From: Squalus acanthias
Lineage: Eukaryota
NCBI GenBank assembly: GCA_030390025.1
Contig: CM059432.1
Location: forward strand, 100,442,001 to 100,506,000
DNA length: 64,000 nt
Direction: 5' to 3'
Shown here: one piece after another, positions 26,640 through 39,875 of the stretch
Layout of the letters: every line of letters starts with the position of its first letter
Numbering within the stretch: the first letter of the stretch is position 1
Notes under the pieces: generated by a model
What the model was told of the DNA's origin: nothing
What the model saw: the letters and a program-made list of their open reading frames with translations, nothing else
The model's database searches: none
Translations under genes and position numbers: made by a program

Positions 26640-27826
26640 CTTCTGAGTAGTGGCCTAGAAGCGGCTTGTTATCAGCCGTTGACGGACGGCCCTTGCAGTG
26701 GCAACATTGTGCGCCTCCCTCCCACGTTGGTGCTGCTACTGATCCTCCTCCTCATCCTCCTCCTCCTCAGGTGGTGCACCAATCCCTGGTGGCATTGGCT
26801 GGGTCCTCAGGATTGCCAGGTTGTGAAGCATGCAGCACACAACTATGAAGAGGGAGACTCGCTCAGGAGAGTACTGCAGGGCTCCTCCTGACTGGTCCAG
26901 ATATTTTGCGGCGGCGCTAAACACTACCGCCATGATCTCCTGCGCCCGCCGATCGTCTGCTCAATTAGGTTCCTGGTGGCGATATGGCTCTCATTATCCC
27001 GCAGCTTGGCAGGGGTGTTGGGGTTGGTTACGGAGCGGTGTCATCAGCCAGGTGCAGAGTGGATAACCCTTGTCCCCGAGGAGCTATCCACTTGTGTGAT
27101 GCAGTGCCTGGAAAAGGTCAGGCACACCACTCTGGCGCAGGATGAAAGCATCGTGGCTGCTGCCAGGATAGCGGGAATTGATGGCGAGTATCAGCTGTCT
27201 GTGGTCACAGACCAACTGCACATTTAAGGAGTAGTAGCCCTTGCGGTTTCGGAATACCTCTGCATTTTCATGCGGTGCCCACAATGCTACATGCGTGCAG
27301 TCAATGGCGCCCTGCACCATGGAGAAGCCCGCTATCCTTGCAAAGCCCAATGCGCGTTCATGCTGTTGAGCCCGGGTCGTGGGGAAAGAGATGTACTGGC
27401 GTCACCTTTTATACAGGGCATTTGTCACCTCCCGGATACAACAATGGACAGCGAACTGGGAGATATTGGCAATGTCCCCAGTAGATGCTTGAAAGGAGCC
27501 GGTGGCATAAAAGTTCAGAGCCACCGTCACCTTCACTGCCACCGACAGAGACATCCTGGTCCTCAGTTGAGGCTGCAGATCTGGTTGCAGCAGGTGGCAG
27601 AACTCAGTGATCACCTCCTTGCTGAAGCGCAGCCTGCGTAAACACTGCTTCTCAGACAAATGAATGTAGGAGAATTGCTCCCGGAATACCCTGGGAGGGT
27701 AAGGTCTCCTGTGCAGAGGCCGTTGGCCCTCCACCCTCTGGCCATGTTTGCCACTCTCTCTCTGCATCTCTGCTGCCTCCGATTCTGCAGGTGCAGGGCG
27801 ACGCCCCGATTCAGTGCAGCCCCCAT
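26640..27826 (-). pseudogene. Harbinger B transposase (HARBI1-like DDE), frameshifted
   Basis: KVTVALNFYATGSFQ, GAIDCTHV, NRKGYYSLNVQLVCD, YPGSSHDAFIL, GDKGYP, CCMLHNLA and an acidic tail. Confidence 0.9.
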
Positions 27827-29094
27827 GGTCTCTTCTAAATCGATGCAAGGATGGTCAAATCAAAATGAACCTGCAAAATGTTGCTCAGTATCCAAAACTC
27901 CTTCACACAGCTTTGAATCTCCCCAGAAGTCTCTCTCTTTCTCAGAATGCATGGTGCAAAAATGTCGCCGACAAAAAAAGGCAGGAAGTGGCCGCCTTTA
28001 AATAGTACTCCCCCAGCCCCTTCCCGCCTGCAAATGTTCCTCTCTACCTGTCGTTGCTAGTGGCAGGTGGAAAGGCAGGGAGCGCCACTCCGGGACGCTA
28101 CCGGGGCGTTGCACACTTGACTGACGTCACGATCTGCGGGCGCAGGAGATCATGGCGGTAGTGTTTAGCGCCGCCGCAAAATGTCTGGTCAATTTCGCGA
28201 GCGGCGCAAACATCGTCGCGCTTGGGCGCTAGTTGCTTTGCGCCCCTCTTAGGGCACTAACGGGAGGCGCTAATGAACCGAATTTTTCCCCCTCAATGTT
28301 TGACAGCACATTAACAGAAACTTCACATGAACATTGGCTAAAACACCCAAGTGCCTACCCTTGTGTGTTGTTACTTGGTATGATTGAACTAGGATGAGGG
28401 TGAGTGTGAGGGGTGGCTAGTGAGATGGGGCAATGATAATGTAGATAGAGAGGGATAGGTGGAGCTGCAAGGTAAGTTGGTGTGAGTAAGGATGTGCAGG
28501 AGTAGGGTAGGGAAGGCAAAGTGATGTGGATGTGATGAGTGGCACAGCAGGATGAGGTTGAGTGTGGCTTTGCAGTAACGTTTCGTGATCTACTGAGATC
28601 ATTGAAAGGTTTGCGCCACTGCAGCCAGGTCCTCCTAACGACATTCCTGCTTGTGTCCTCCTGTGCAATCAGGCTGCATTGATCTCATGGAGGTCTCTTC
28701 CGCCCATGGGAAAGGAAGAGAACCTCCCTGCGTGCTGTGACTCTCTCCAGAAGCATATGGAGGGAGTCATGGGAGAGCCTGGGTGCAGCCGTGCACCTCT
28801 ATGCAGTGCTCGTCAGTGTTTGCAGCACCTCAATGCTGTAGAACACTGACAGCTCAACTGTCAAAAGCAATTTGCGCATGGTCCCTTGAAGGAAACCAGC
28901 TGATGACGCGTCATCAAGTGACGTCATCAGACCAGCTTCCTCCAATTGGCCGGGAAACGCGCTAGGCAGGCTTACCAAGCCAAATCAGTGTAAGATCACT
29001 TTGGACAGCGGGCTGGAGCCAGCAGCAGGTTCGCACCCCGGCCGCACCGGACCTGCTGAGGTAGGGGAAATCGCGGCCTGGGTGCAGACAAAAT

Positions 29095-29762
29095 GCCGAT
29101 GTATCTGTCACAACTGAGTTTCCTTATAAAGTGAATATTCTCCATAGGATCTCTGTCTTTGGTATTTATTGAAGGTTGATTGCCTCAGGATATTATGGAT
29201 CTGCTATTTCAGATTCTCAATTGTACTGATACTCCTAACTTTGACTTCTTGTTCTCCTTTAGTTGATTTTCCAAGTCCTGCAAAGGAGCTTCTCCAGCCT
29301 GACTATGCCAGTCTGCTAAAGGAGCACTTTCAAAATATTAACGTATTTTTTTCTTTCAGATCTTAACTTATCTGCAATACATTGCTAGTACTTTCTGATT
29401 TATTTCAGATTTCCAGCATTCAGTTTTTGTTTTAATATGTGGTGTAAACCTCTTCGCCTTTCACTCCTCCTTTAAGATGCTCCTTAAAACCTACCTCTTT
29501 GACCAAGCTTTTGGTCACCTGTCCTAATATCTCCTTACGTGGCTTGCTGTCAAATTTTGTCTGATTATGTTCCTGTGAAGCGCCTTGGGACGTTTTACTA
29601 CGTTAAAGACGCTATATAAATAAAAGTTGTTGTCTGAATATCAACACAGCTGAGAATCTGAGATAGCAGACCAAAATGTCCTGAGGATATCAACCTTCAA
29701 TAAATACCAAAGACAGAGATCCCATTTCATGAGGAAACTCAGTTATGACAGATACATGGGGG
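29095..29762. repeat. Long inverted repeat (arms about 29095-29230 and 29640-29762) enclosing an L2 3' end (about 29455-29632)
   Basis: ggatctctgtctttggtatttattgaaggttgat versus atcaaccttcaataaataccaaagacagagatcc (32-bp perfect core) plus similarity on both sides. Confidence 0.85.
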
Positions 29763-30340
29763 TTTTAGTTTTCATCCCGTGTTCGATAATTTGTTAATCT
29801 GCTAAATTTGCTGGAAAAAAAAAATCAGACTTGTACAATGCTCTATGGTTTCATAAGTACATAAGAAAGTATGAAAAGAGAAATGGCACTTTGGCCCATC
29901 AACCCTGGTCCTTCAACAGACCATCTACAATCTGCTCTATCTAGGACTCTACCCAAACCATTTAATCTTTTGAGGAAAGCTTCTGGAAAGTAGGGACTCC
30001 TCCACCAAACATAAATCAAGCAAAATTTCAGAATATTTTTCTAAAATTACATCCTTGCTTATTTATCACTGATCGGTTGCACTCATTTGTGTGACACTTT
30101 GAAGTTCTCAAATGTTCATGAACTATCATATTCCACACAGCATTCAATCATCTTTATCTGTACCTATCCTTATAACCTTAAACCCATTTCTAACCAGATG
30201 TCAATCAATACAGAATCAACTAGTCTATCTGGGAATCAAGGTGAAAAAGTCAACCTGAACTTTATTCTCAATAGGTTTATATTGGATTCAATGTTCAAGA
30301 TATTAGTAAAACACTCCAGGTCTTTTTGCTTCAAACACTA

Positions 30341-30470
30341 GGGGGATCATTTTAATCTCACCCGCCCAGTGGAAAACTGATGGGATGGGATCAGCCTCCT
30401 GTTTTATATCGCACCCGATTCTACTTTCTATTGAAGTCAGTTTCCCGCCAGGCAGGTTAAAATTATCCCC
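30341..30470. mobile_element. Approximately 130-bp hairpin MITE
   Basis: GGGGATCATTTTAA ... TTAAAATTATCCCC; inner arms cccagtggaaaactga / tcagtttcccgccagg. Confidence 0.6.
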
Positions 30471-32827
30471 ATGACATTTGGTAGAATGCAAAATTTGCTT
30501 CTTAAGAAGTAAACTCTTGTTTGAAAAATGAAGCTATATCTGAAGGATATCAACGTCAGCAATAAAGTCTTGTTTGAGAAACTGAACACAACTGCGAAGG
30601 TGAAACAGAAAGAATGAGATGTAAATTGTAGGATCCAAAATAAATGCATCTCTCCTGTTCTGTTTTCAAAAGCCAGTGGTGAGGTGAAAGGAGAAGGTGG
30701 ACTGTAGACCAACAATGGGATGTTTTTTAAAAAGGAGATTTCAATGCTGCAGAGTAAATATGTATCATTAAAAAAGGAGACTACTTCAAGTTTCAGGATG
30801 CTATGGGTAAATAATGTGCTTAGAAACAAACTACAATTGAAAATGTGGGCATATGGGGAAGTCACCCAGTTCCTTGGCTGGAAATGTGGTGGTAACAGGA
30901 GCAAGGTGAGAGTTAATGACTTCTCACTTCTGCACATATTTCATGGCAGAAAACTAAGTTGGGAATTGCCGCACCCTCTGGAAGATGCCAGTTGAAGCAT
31001 TGGGGACAACCACTGCCCTTTTGCGCACATGCTTTCTTTGTACTCAAACAGCATGCAGCACTGTGCCTTATGGTTGAGCTGACAGCCAAGGAACAACAAG
31101 CAGATGCTGAGGTGCTCCTCTGCGGTTAGGGGCTTTCTCAATGGGATCATTGTTGCAGTGGATAGAGACCTAAGAGGCATCTGCCCAGTGTTTCTTCTTC
31201 AAATAATGTGGGCACCAGGGTCTGTCATATAATGAAGGCATAATAGTTGTTTCCTGGATAACAGCTGTTGGACATACATAATTATGTTTCTGTGGTCATA
31301 CCACCTGGACATTGATTGAGTATAAACCTTTACTCTTCATGAAGGTCATTGGGTTGAAATGAATAGCCACAATATCCAGATGTGTACCAGGTGTGACTCT
31401 GTACTCAAGGGAACCATGTCATATGCTGAAAATTGCATCTCCTATCTAGCTGATGCCTCCTTTCCAGAAGAAAAATGACAGAGTTGCAAATATATTGGTT
31501 TTCGCTCCCCTTATATATCTATGCATTGCAGATTGCCTGATATGGCAAATGTCTCCTGAGGTGGCTTAAAATGGCGTGGTAGCATTAAAGCTTCAAGGCG
31601 TGACAACTTTGACTTCTAAGGAAAGAGTCATTCCTGATATTATCTGCAGGTCATTGAGCTGCAGATTGTACAACTCTGTGGCAGACTGCCTTGTGAAGTG
31701 GAGGCGTTGAAGAAAGGTCTCTTGTGACATGTCCAGGAACAACTTACGGGGTCATGATAGCTGTGACTTGTATTTGCTGACCCCTCATTAACACCTCTTC
31801 TTCATCTCAATTATGCAACATTTTTTGAACCACTAAAGGATTCCCCGTTCTCACCTCTTTGCAAGGTGTGATACCAAAGCCAGCAGCAACCGAGAATAAT
31901 GAAACAACGTATTGGGGGAGGAAGCAAAAATGCAAAACTAATGAATGCACGGAGCAAAATGCAGCCATGGGTACAGGAAAACACAAAAATAAAATAAAAA
32001 TATATATCTTCTCCCTTAAAGAGGGCTATTTGTACAGGCCAGGTCCCAAGGACTCTGGTGCACCCAGTTTTTATGGACAACCCTCGCATTGTGGATGAAG
32101 CATGGCCCAAAATCATAAAGTTTGGATGGAACATTTAAAATGGTATTTAAATGGTGGTGTGGAGCTTCACAAAATTCATCACGTTGAATGTTAATGAAGT
32201 AACACTGTATAAATGCCACTTCCTTTACCTGCATTTGTGTTGCTGCAATGCAGTAAAACAGCATGTTATTAATCACAATCTATAGAATCACAGAATCAAA
32301 GTACTTATAGCTCAGGAGGCCATTTGACAGATCATGCCTGTGCCAATGCTAGCTCTTCAAGTACAAATATCTACTTGAATTGTATTTCCCTACTCTTTTC
32401 CATATCGTAAAAGAATGGTGTGGCATGTTCTATAAATGCTAAGGATATTCAGCTGCTCTCTGCGAATGTGGTTGCAATTATTTTGATGATTGAATTGTTT
32501 GCAGTTCTGACCAATTATTTTAAACTAAATTGTTGTATTGGTAATTTTGAACTTTTAACTTATTTTTGAACTTTTAACTTATTTGAAGCAGATATGAAAA
32601 GGCTTGCGGAGAATGCTATGATTACAGTTTATTTATTGTAAACTAGAATTGTAATGGCCATATGTATAATGAGCTATATGTTAAGCAGTAAAAGAATTTA
32701 CTTTAACAATTATTACGGAGACTGTTTGCATTTTAATTGGCTGTGTCAAGTACTTAACCATGCACTTAACTTTCCTTCTTGCCATTTATTGATTAGTAAA
32801 TATACCACTTGGATCATAAATCACTTT

Positions 32828-33718
32828 GGGGGAGAAATTCAGTATCGCCCCGTTTGGGGCGCAATTATTGGCCAGGCGCAAAGTTTAGCGCCTGGCGCTA
32901 ATTATCGCCTCCGACTGCAAACTTGGCTTCTATCGCCCCTGGAAGTGATTGGAGCGCTAAATCAGGCGCTACACACCTCTCTTAAGGTGCTAACGCCGAG
33001 GAGCGAGGCGCTACCTCAGAGCGCTGGTGAAGCTCATGTGATGTCAGTCAGCAATGGAACACACACACTGGCGCCGGCCAGTTCTTAAAGGGGAGGGTCA
33101 ATCTTGCTCTCCATCCACACCTTGCTCATTGCAGCCTTGAAACTCAGCCTGGAGAGACCTGTACATCAATTCTGCTGGAAAGAACAATGGAGAGGCCCAG
33201 GGAAAGAGCTCAGAGTGCAGCCCCCTAAGTCTCTTCTAAATCGATGCAAGGAAGTTCAAATCAAAATGAACCTGCAAAGTGCTGCTCAGTACCCAAAACT
33301 CCTTCACAGTGTTGAATCTCTCCAGAAGTCTCTCTCTCTCTCTCTCAAATGCGTGGTGCAAAAATGTCGCCGACAAAAAAAGGCAGGAAGCGATCACATT
33401 TAAATAGTGCTTCCCCCAGTCCCTTCCCAACTGCAAAACATTCCCCTCAACCTGTCGTTGCCAGCGGCAGGTGGAAAGGTAGGGGGTGCCACTCAATATC
33501 CAGTCCGGGGCGCTACCGGGGCATTGCACGCTCAACTGACGTCACGATCTGCGGGCGCAGGAGATCATGGCGGTAGTGTTTAGCGTCACCACAAAATATC
33601 TGGTCAATTTCGCGAGCGGCGCAAACATCGCCGCACCCGGGCGCTAGCTGCTTTGCACCCCATTAGCGCCTTCTTAGGGAGCTAACAGGAGGCGCAAAGC
33701 AACCAAATTTTTCCCCCC
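32828..33718. mobile_element. MITE derived from the Harbinger B family by internal deletion
   Basis: Left part matches 23111-23496, right part matches 27814-28292, same TIRs. Confidence 0.92.
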
Positions 33719-35714
33719 TTGTCTCCTTAGTCTCATGTGTATAAGTGTTCTCAAACCCCTGCTGGCTGATGTTATCTCAAGTAAGTTTCCTATGTCACCT
33801 ACAATTCTGCTATTTGAGATTACCCTCAAGCTTGAGAACCTCGTTCACTAGAAATTAGTTCTAAGCAGTTGGCTTTACAACAGCAGGAGAGGGGTCTCTC
33901 ACTGTTGGCTTCTAACATACCTTCAAAAATAATTGACCCTGGAAATAGTGGAGGTGCACTGCCAGAATGTGGTGGGGCGAGACTTCTTCCCAGCTGTCTG
34001 CCCAACTGATTAACCCATTTCAAACCTGGGGACAGGATCGTTGGCTTAAACAGTACCAGTGCCCATGCCATTTATTATAATACTGGGATATCTGCCCGGA
34101 AGTGCATTGGAATTTTGGAGTGGCACCTTGGCGCTATGTCTAGGCAGGGGAGCTCATACATGAGCTAACATTGCCGAAGTTTAAAATTCTTATCCTGATC
34201 TTCTGCAATAATATGCAGCACTCTTAGCAGCAATCAATCTCTCTGTGAATGATTGCTGTTGAGATATGACATTGTGGGGCCCAGTTATGGACGTTGTACA
34301 GTGCCTGTTTCATGGAGGTGGGAGGGCAGAACAAGCACTCATGTCCTGTCTAAATTGCAGTGCCTGGACATAAAGGAGTGGAAATATATTAGCACCACCC
34401 AACCCCCCGTCCCCCACCCCCAGGTGATGTCTATTTTGTGCCCAAAATGGGCCAGAGCTTCTTGCACATGATTTTTTCAATACTTTTCTAAAAATTTCCA
34501 TAGATTCTTTGAAAATATTGTTCTTGTGGAAAGTAAAACTCTGCAGAAAATATGACTCTTTGAAAATAGGGTCCTTTATTCTTTGATTTCAAATTGTTTA
34601 TTATTGCCAACAAATCTTACCTACACAAGTCATTTCAACTCTGCACTGGGGATGCAGATCAATGAACTGAAAATTATTAAATAGAAACTTGCTTATTATT
34701 AATTGAAACTGATGTGAGTATTCTCTGAGAGAATAAATAATAATAATAGTCTGCTAGAATTATACCTCATCAGTCTTCAAAATGATTCCCCATATCAGCG
34801 ATGAATACATGCATCAGTAAAGCACTAATCTGCTAAAATGAACAGCTGCTAAGTGGATATTTCTGTTCCCCATCTTCTTGCTACATTAATGGTATTTTTT
34901 GCAGTCAACAGAATGCTCTTAGCTTGATTTAAGGAAACATGCTATATGAAATCTATTTACTTAGGTTACAGATTGCACAATAACTGCATGGCTTCTTGGT
35001 ATCTTTAAATGTGAAGATTGAGCAAATAAAACTTAAGGTAAAATGAATAAATGTAATTAATTCAGTATTCTTGTTTTGTTTTGCTTTTCTCTTTCTTCAA
35101 ATATTCCCAGGGCATGCAACATTTTCTATCAAGGATTCCAGACCATTATATGGCAATCAACTAGATGCATGCAAATGTGCCCTCTGACTCTTATTCCAAC
35201 CACCTCCCTGCCCAGCACACACAAGTACAAATAATTTACCTCTTGCTTATCTTGGGAAATGTGTAATCGTAACTTGGGTTCCTACTGTGATAGTGTGGTT
35301 GAAATCAAGAAATTACCAACTAAGGAAGCAAAGGTTAGAACCTCTCTCCTTTACATAACACAAAGTGCATCCCCATCAAATGCCTACCACCTGAATTCCA
35401 GGCCCATTTTAAAATCTAAAATGATGTGCATCATGTGGAAAAGTAATAGTATCCTGTGATACAGTACCATGAAGCACCAATGTGCTATTCCAATATGCTG
35501 CATGAATAACATGGCATACAAAGAAAATGCTCCAAGTTTTAGCTGCAAAACATTTCATTTCATTCTGAATTTGTGTGTGAAGACACCTGAATAGCAAAAG
35601 TGAGGAACGGAATCATTCACACACCAGGAAATGTAAATCATACCAGAGTAGCAGATAAGTGAAGTTAGAAATTGGCTTTCATCGAGAAGCTCAGACAGGG
35701 CTTCTACTCCTAAT

Positions 35715-35892
35715 TGCTTTCCAGCAGAGAGAGAGAGTGTGAGTGAGTGAGTGAGTGGATGTATGTGCTTTCCAGCAGAGAGAGAGAGAGAATGTGAGTG
35801 AGTGAGTGAGTATGGATGTGGGTGTATGTGTGTTTGTGTGGATGTGGGTGCATGTGTGTGGATGTCGGTGTTTGTGTGTGGATGTGTGTGCA
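35715..35892. repeat. Compound microsatellite (GA)n/(GTGA)n/(TG)n with duplicated tgctttccagcagagag
   Basis: Directly visible. Confidence 0.9.
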
Positions 35893-36242
35893 TATACGTA
35901 CATATGGGAGTTGAAATTTTCTGCGCACTATTTTTATTTTAAGTGGGTTAGCATTTGTTAAAATAGCACATCCAAGACATTCATAGGAATACGCCAGCTA
36001 AAATTAATGCACACTGGAATTTGAACTCCGTGATGTGACCAAGATTAGTGACAATTATGATATCTTGCCTATCAGATTTGAACAGCCTGAGGAGTGTTTG
36101 GACAAAGTATACGTAAGGCAGCCAATATCTATAGAATTTCACCCTGACATGAAGCAGTACAATTGAGAGGAGGGAAAAAGATTTTCAGAACAAAAAAAAA
36201 CACAAAAGGATTTAATGAAGGAAAGGATCCCAAAATGGTGCT

Positions 36243-36835
36243 TCACAGGAGCCTACTCACACAGAAATGGACATCAAGCCAAAGAAGCAGATATTGAAAT
36301 GGTAAACTAAAAGCTTGGTCAAAGAGGTAGGTTTTAAGGAGGGTCTTAAAGGAGGAGAAAGAGGTGGAGAAGCAAAGAGGTTTAGAGAGGGAACTCCAGA
36401 GCTTAGGGCCAAGATGGCTGAAGGCACAGCCACCAATGGTGCAGCGAAGAGAGTGGAGGATGCACAAGTAGAGTTCTTTGGTGTGTTGTAGGGCTGGAGG
36501 AGGTTACAGAGATAGGGAGGGATGTCACCATGGAGGGATTTGAACACGTGGATGAGAATTTTAAAATCAAGGCATTGGTGCACCGGGAGCCAATGTAGGT
36601 CAGCGAATATAGGGGAGATGGATGAGCGGGACTTAGTGTGAGTTGGGACACGGGCAGCAGAGTTTTGGATGAGGGCAAGTTTAAGGAAGGTGGAAGATGG
36701 GAGGCCAAACCAGGAGAACATTGGAATAGTCAAATTTCGAGGTTACAAAAGCTTGGATGAAGGTATCAGCAGCAGATGGGCTGAAATAGGGGTGGAGATG
36801 GGCGATATCACAGAGGTGGAAGTAGGTGGTCTTCG
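36243..36835 (-). mobile_element. L2-clade LINE 3' fragment
   Basis: IQNSAARV, ADLHWLPV, FKILIHVFKSLHG; similar to 7810-8650. Confidence 0.88.
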
Positions 36836-37517
36836 TGAGGGTAATTCACTTTACTGAGCACCCCTTAGCCACTAAAGAGATAGCTGACATCACCAGGACA
36901 GGACTCTAGCCATACATTCCTTCAATTGTTTAAGAAAATAAATGGAAGTAGAAGACGGACAGATTTCCAATCATGCATTGCTGGTAGCAAAGGAATGTGG
37001 TCGTCACAAGATATATAAATGGCTGGGCATTTATACGTTGACATTTTTTTTTCACTATGACTTAGGGCAAGAATCGAGAATCACAGCAGCAGAAATTCTG
37101 CTGTTTCTGATGACAGTAAATCCAAAAGCATATGCTAAAAGAGAAAAAAAAGTGTCACTGCTGGGGTGATATCATGAGAGCTTTAAACTTCACTTAACCT
37201 ATGATATACCTGTCCAGAAAACATTTGATATCATTTGCAAACAATAGGAATTGCCCCATTTCTCAAAACTTTCAATGGGCATAAAATTTACAAATAAACT
37301 TGAAAAATTAATGGTAGAGTCTGAGCTCAAAAGCAAATGACCATCTTGGTTCATTTGTTCTTCTTTGGTGGTTGCTATGATCTTGTTACATTGATAAATA
37401 TATTTAAATATTTTCAAAATATTTTAAAATGTTATCCCTGAAACCTCACAAGGTAAGGTCCTCTTCAAACTCAATTACATGAAAAATTTGAATGTAGCTG
37501 TTGAAATAAAATACATA

Positions 37518-38263
37518 GGGCTAGAAATTCATCTCCTCTGCGCCTGCCATTATCGCCTCCGGGGGGGGCAAAGGGCTTATCGCCCGGGGGGTGAAAAAAG
37601 CACCTCCCGAGAAATTCGACAGGGCGTTGCTGAGGTGATACCCAATAGTGCCGCGCCACTGGCGATGATGTCATCGGCGTGCACCGCAACCCCTTACCGC
37701 CCCGTGGCAGAAATTCGGCTGCGCCCCACAAGGCTACCGCGGGCGATGTCAGGGCCAGCCTCGCGGGTCGCGAACAGGGACGACCTCCACTCGCGGGGTG
37801 GTATTTAAAGGGGAGGCGCAGCCGCGACCTGCACCACCATTTTCTTTTTTTGAGGTCGGCCCTCTGTGGTGGACCGTGGCATGGTCCTGTCCGCCATCGT
37901 GTAGCCCGGCACCGCGTCTCAGTGCTGGGCTGTGGCCGCAGCACCACGCTGCCCTGGTGGCCTAGTATGGGCCATTGGAGGCCCTGAAGTGTGCGCAACG
38001 GCCCTCCTCTTTAACAGAAGGGGAGGGGCGTTGAAATGCTATAATGCTCCACAGAGCCTCCGTGGAGTGCTGCCGATCGCGCCCCGACATCGCCTCGGTT
38101 ATCGCCCCACCAGGAAGTGGAGAGCCCAAGATTGTGCTCCACTTCCTGTGTGGGGCGGTAAGCCGAATTTAGCGGCCGGGGCGGTACTTCCTCGCCGGGC
38201 GCTAAATGTCCGGCCTTAACTCAGTTACCGCCCCCAAACGGGGCGTAACCGAATTTCACGCCC
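37518..38263. mobile_element. Harbinger-type MITE, TSD ATA
   Basis: ATA|GGGCTAGAAATTC ... GAATTTCACGCCC|ATA. Confidence 0.88.
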
Positions 38264-38701
38264 ATAGTCTACAACTGACATAGCACTTCTGGCAACTGAC
38301 ATCAAACAGTGCCTTGAATTGTCAGAAAATATGATTCTCAGAAGCTGCTTTGAAAATAATATTATTTGAGGCAAACATTTTAACATTCTTTTTAAAAATA
38401 GCTTCTGCTTGTATTAGAGTCAGTTATGGCTCTTTTAATAGCTAGTTTCAACACAATCGAATAACAGGTAATAAGGAACCTGTGTAGTTAATTGCTTCAA
38501 GGTTTACAGAAGTCATTTAAAAATAATCTCTTCAATTCATATTAGATATTTTAAATAGTTAAGCAGTTTATTGACATTATTATAAAATATGAAATACTTT
38601 AACCCCAAAAAGAATTTGGTTAGTGCAGTTGACCATTTCATAATGTCGGATTGCCGTCATTCGGATGAGACGTTAAACAAACTAGGGGTGCCTAAAAATA
38701 C

Positions 38702-39873
38702 TGTGTTTAAATGATAAGTTTTGTTTTCCTGGAAAGCTTGCATTAGAATTTGAGACAGTCTTTTTAATCAGTTAGATTAGGTGAAACATAAACATTCCAC
38801 ACTGGGGCCCATAGGATGGTCCTGCCAGGCTAGTTATCTGTTGTTTGTAAGTTAGGGTTTTGACTTTGTTAATGTATCTTTAATTTGGCCAGTGAAGGTC
38901 CAACCTATGTTTCTTCCATTATTACTAATAATCATATTATAATCTCCACAGATAGAATTTGGAGTTTTGTTTAGCAGAACTGCTTGTGAAGATTAAAAGT
39001 TAATTAGGAAAAGACATAGAATGAAAGGAATTTGAAGAGGCTAAGGTATCCATCTTAGAATGGGCCATTTGCTAGATGAAGGTGAGAGAGCCCAAGCAGC
39101 TGCAAATTGCTATGTATTTTGAAAGGGAAAAAAAGGTATAAAACAACAGCTATTGAACACTGAAAGCAGCGTAATTCATGGGAAGTCTGGCTATGTGAAA
39201 GTTCTGAGAGAAAAGATCACAGCAGAAAAGGGGAGGGAATCATGAGGGTCAGAATGGTGAGATAGCGACTGGTTAATGTGCGACAGCTCTGGCTGGGGCC
39301 AGAAGGACAGGGCCGGGCCTTGTACTTGCTGGGTTAAGGGGGGGAGAGTAAAAAGAGACAAGATGGATTCCAGTGGAGGAACCTTCAAAATGTAAAAACA
39401 AGCATGAAGTAATGAGACCCTCTTTTGGGGAGGGCTTTCATCCAAGCACCAACACAAAGAACTTGAGCTGTCATTGGTTGATGAAGTTTTGGAGGAACCT
39501 CTATAGGTTAAATGGTCTTGTCAATAACTTTGCCTCAGGCCCACCCCTAAAAAGAGATTAAAAAGTGACACCCCAAGGGCTTGCACACAGACGGTGGAAG
39601 GGAGAGCCAAACAGAAGTTAAAAAGAGAAGTTGGGCTGGTCGAACGCTCTTTTGAGAGTGATCCCATGCTCACCATCGAAGGCCCTATAGAGAGAGAGAG
39701 AGAGGCCAGAAGCCAGAGAACTGTTCACGCATGCCAGCCGTCTGTCTGATCGTATGTTTTTGCTGTATTACTAGTGTGTTATATTCCGTCCTAAACTCTG
39801 ATTAAACACAATATACCCACCATATTGGTTTGCACTCGATCCTGTTTATCAGAGATACGTGAATCTCTACACA
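38702..39873 (+). mobile_element. Probable solo LTR (about 1.17 kb) splitting a SacSINE1-like copy
   Basis: SINE stops at ...ggatgagacgttaaac (38678) and resumes at ctgctctctcaggtggacg (39877); insert bounded by TGTGT...ACACA with atac/agac flanks; ATTAAA about 70 bp from the right end. Confidence 0.45.
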
Positions 39874-39875
39874 AG

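Larger units (their letters stand above)
23111..28292. mobile_element. Two-gene PIF/Harbinger transposon (B), TSD TCA
   Basis: TCA|GGGGGAGAAATTC ... GAATTTTTCCCCC|TCA; convergent Myb/SANT-like and HARBI1-like genes. Confidence 0.92.
21690..29078. mobile_element. Outer internally deleted Harbinger element (A), hosting a SINE and a second Harbinger
   Basis: Right TIR GAAATCGCGGCC at 29067-29078; Q-rich transposase N-terminal remnant on + (about 22665-22860); Myb-like remnant on - (about 28560-28790); left end blurred in a G run. Confidence 0.7.

Noticed and set aside
30437..30937. 166-aa hydrophobic ORF as an extra exon or gene
   Set aside because: No CUB/Sushi pattern; the flanking CSMD3 exons already join into a complete Sushi domain.
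35555..35928. His/Thr-rich ORFs
   Set aside because: Translations of a compound microsatellite.
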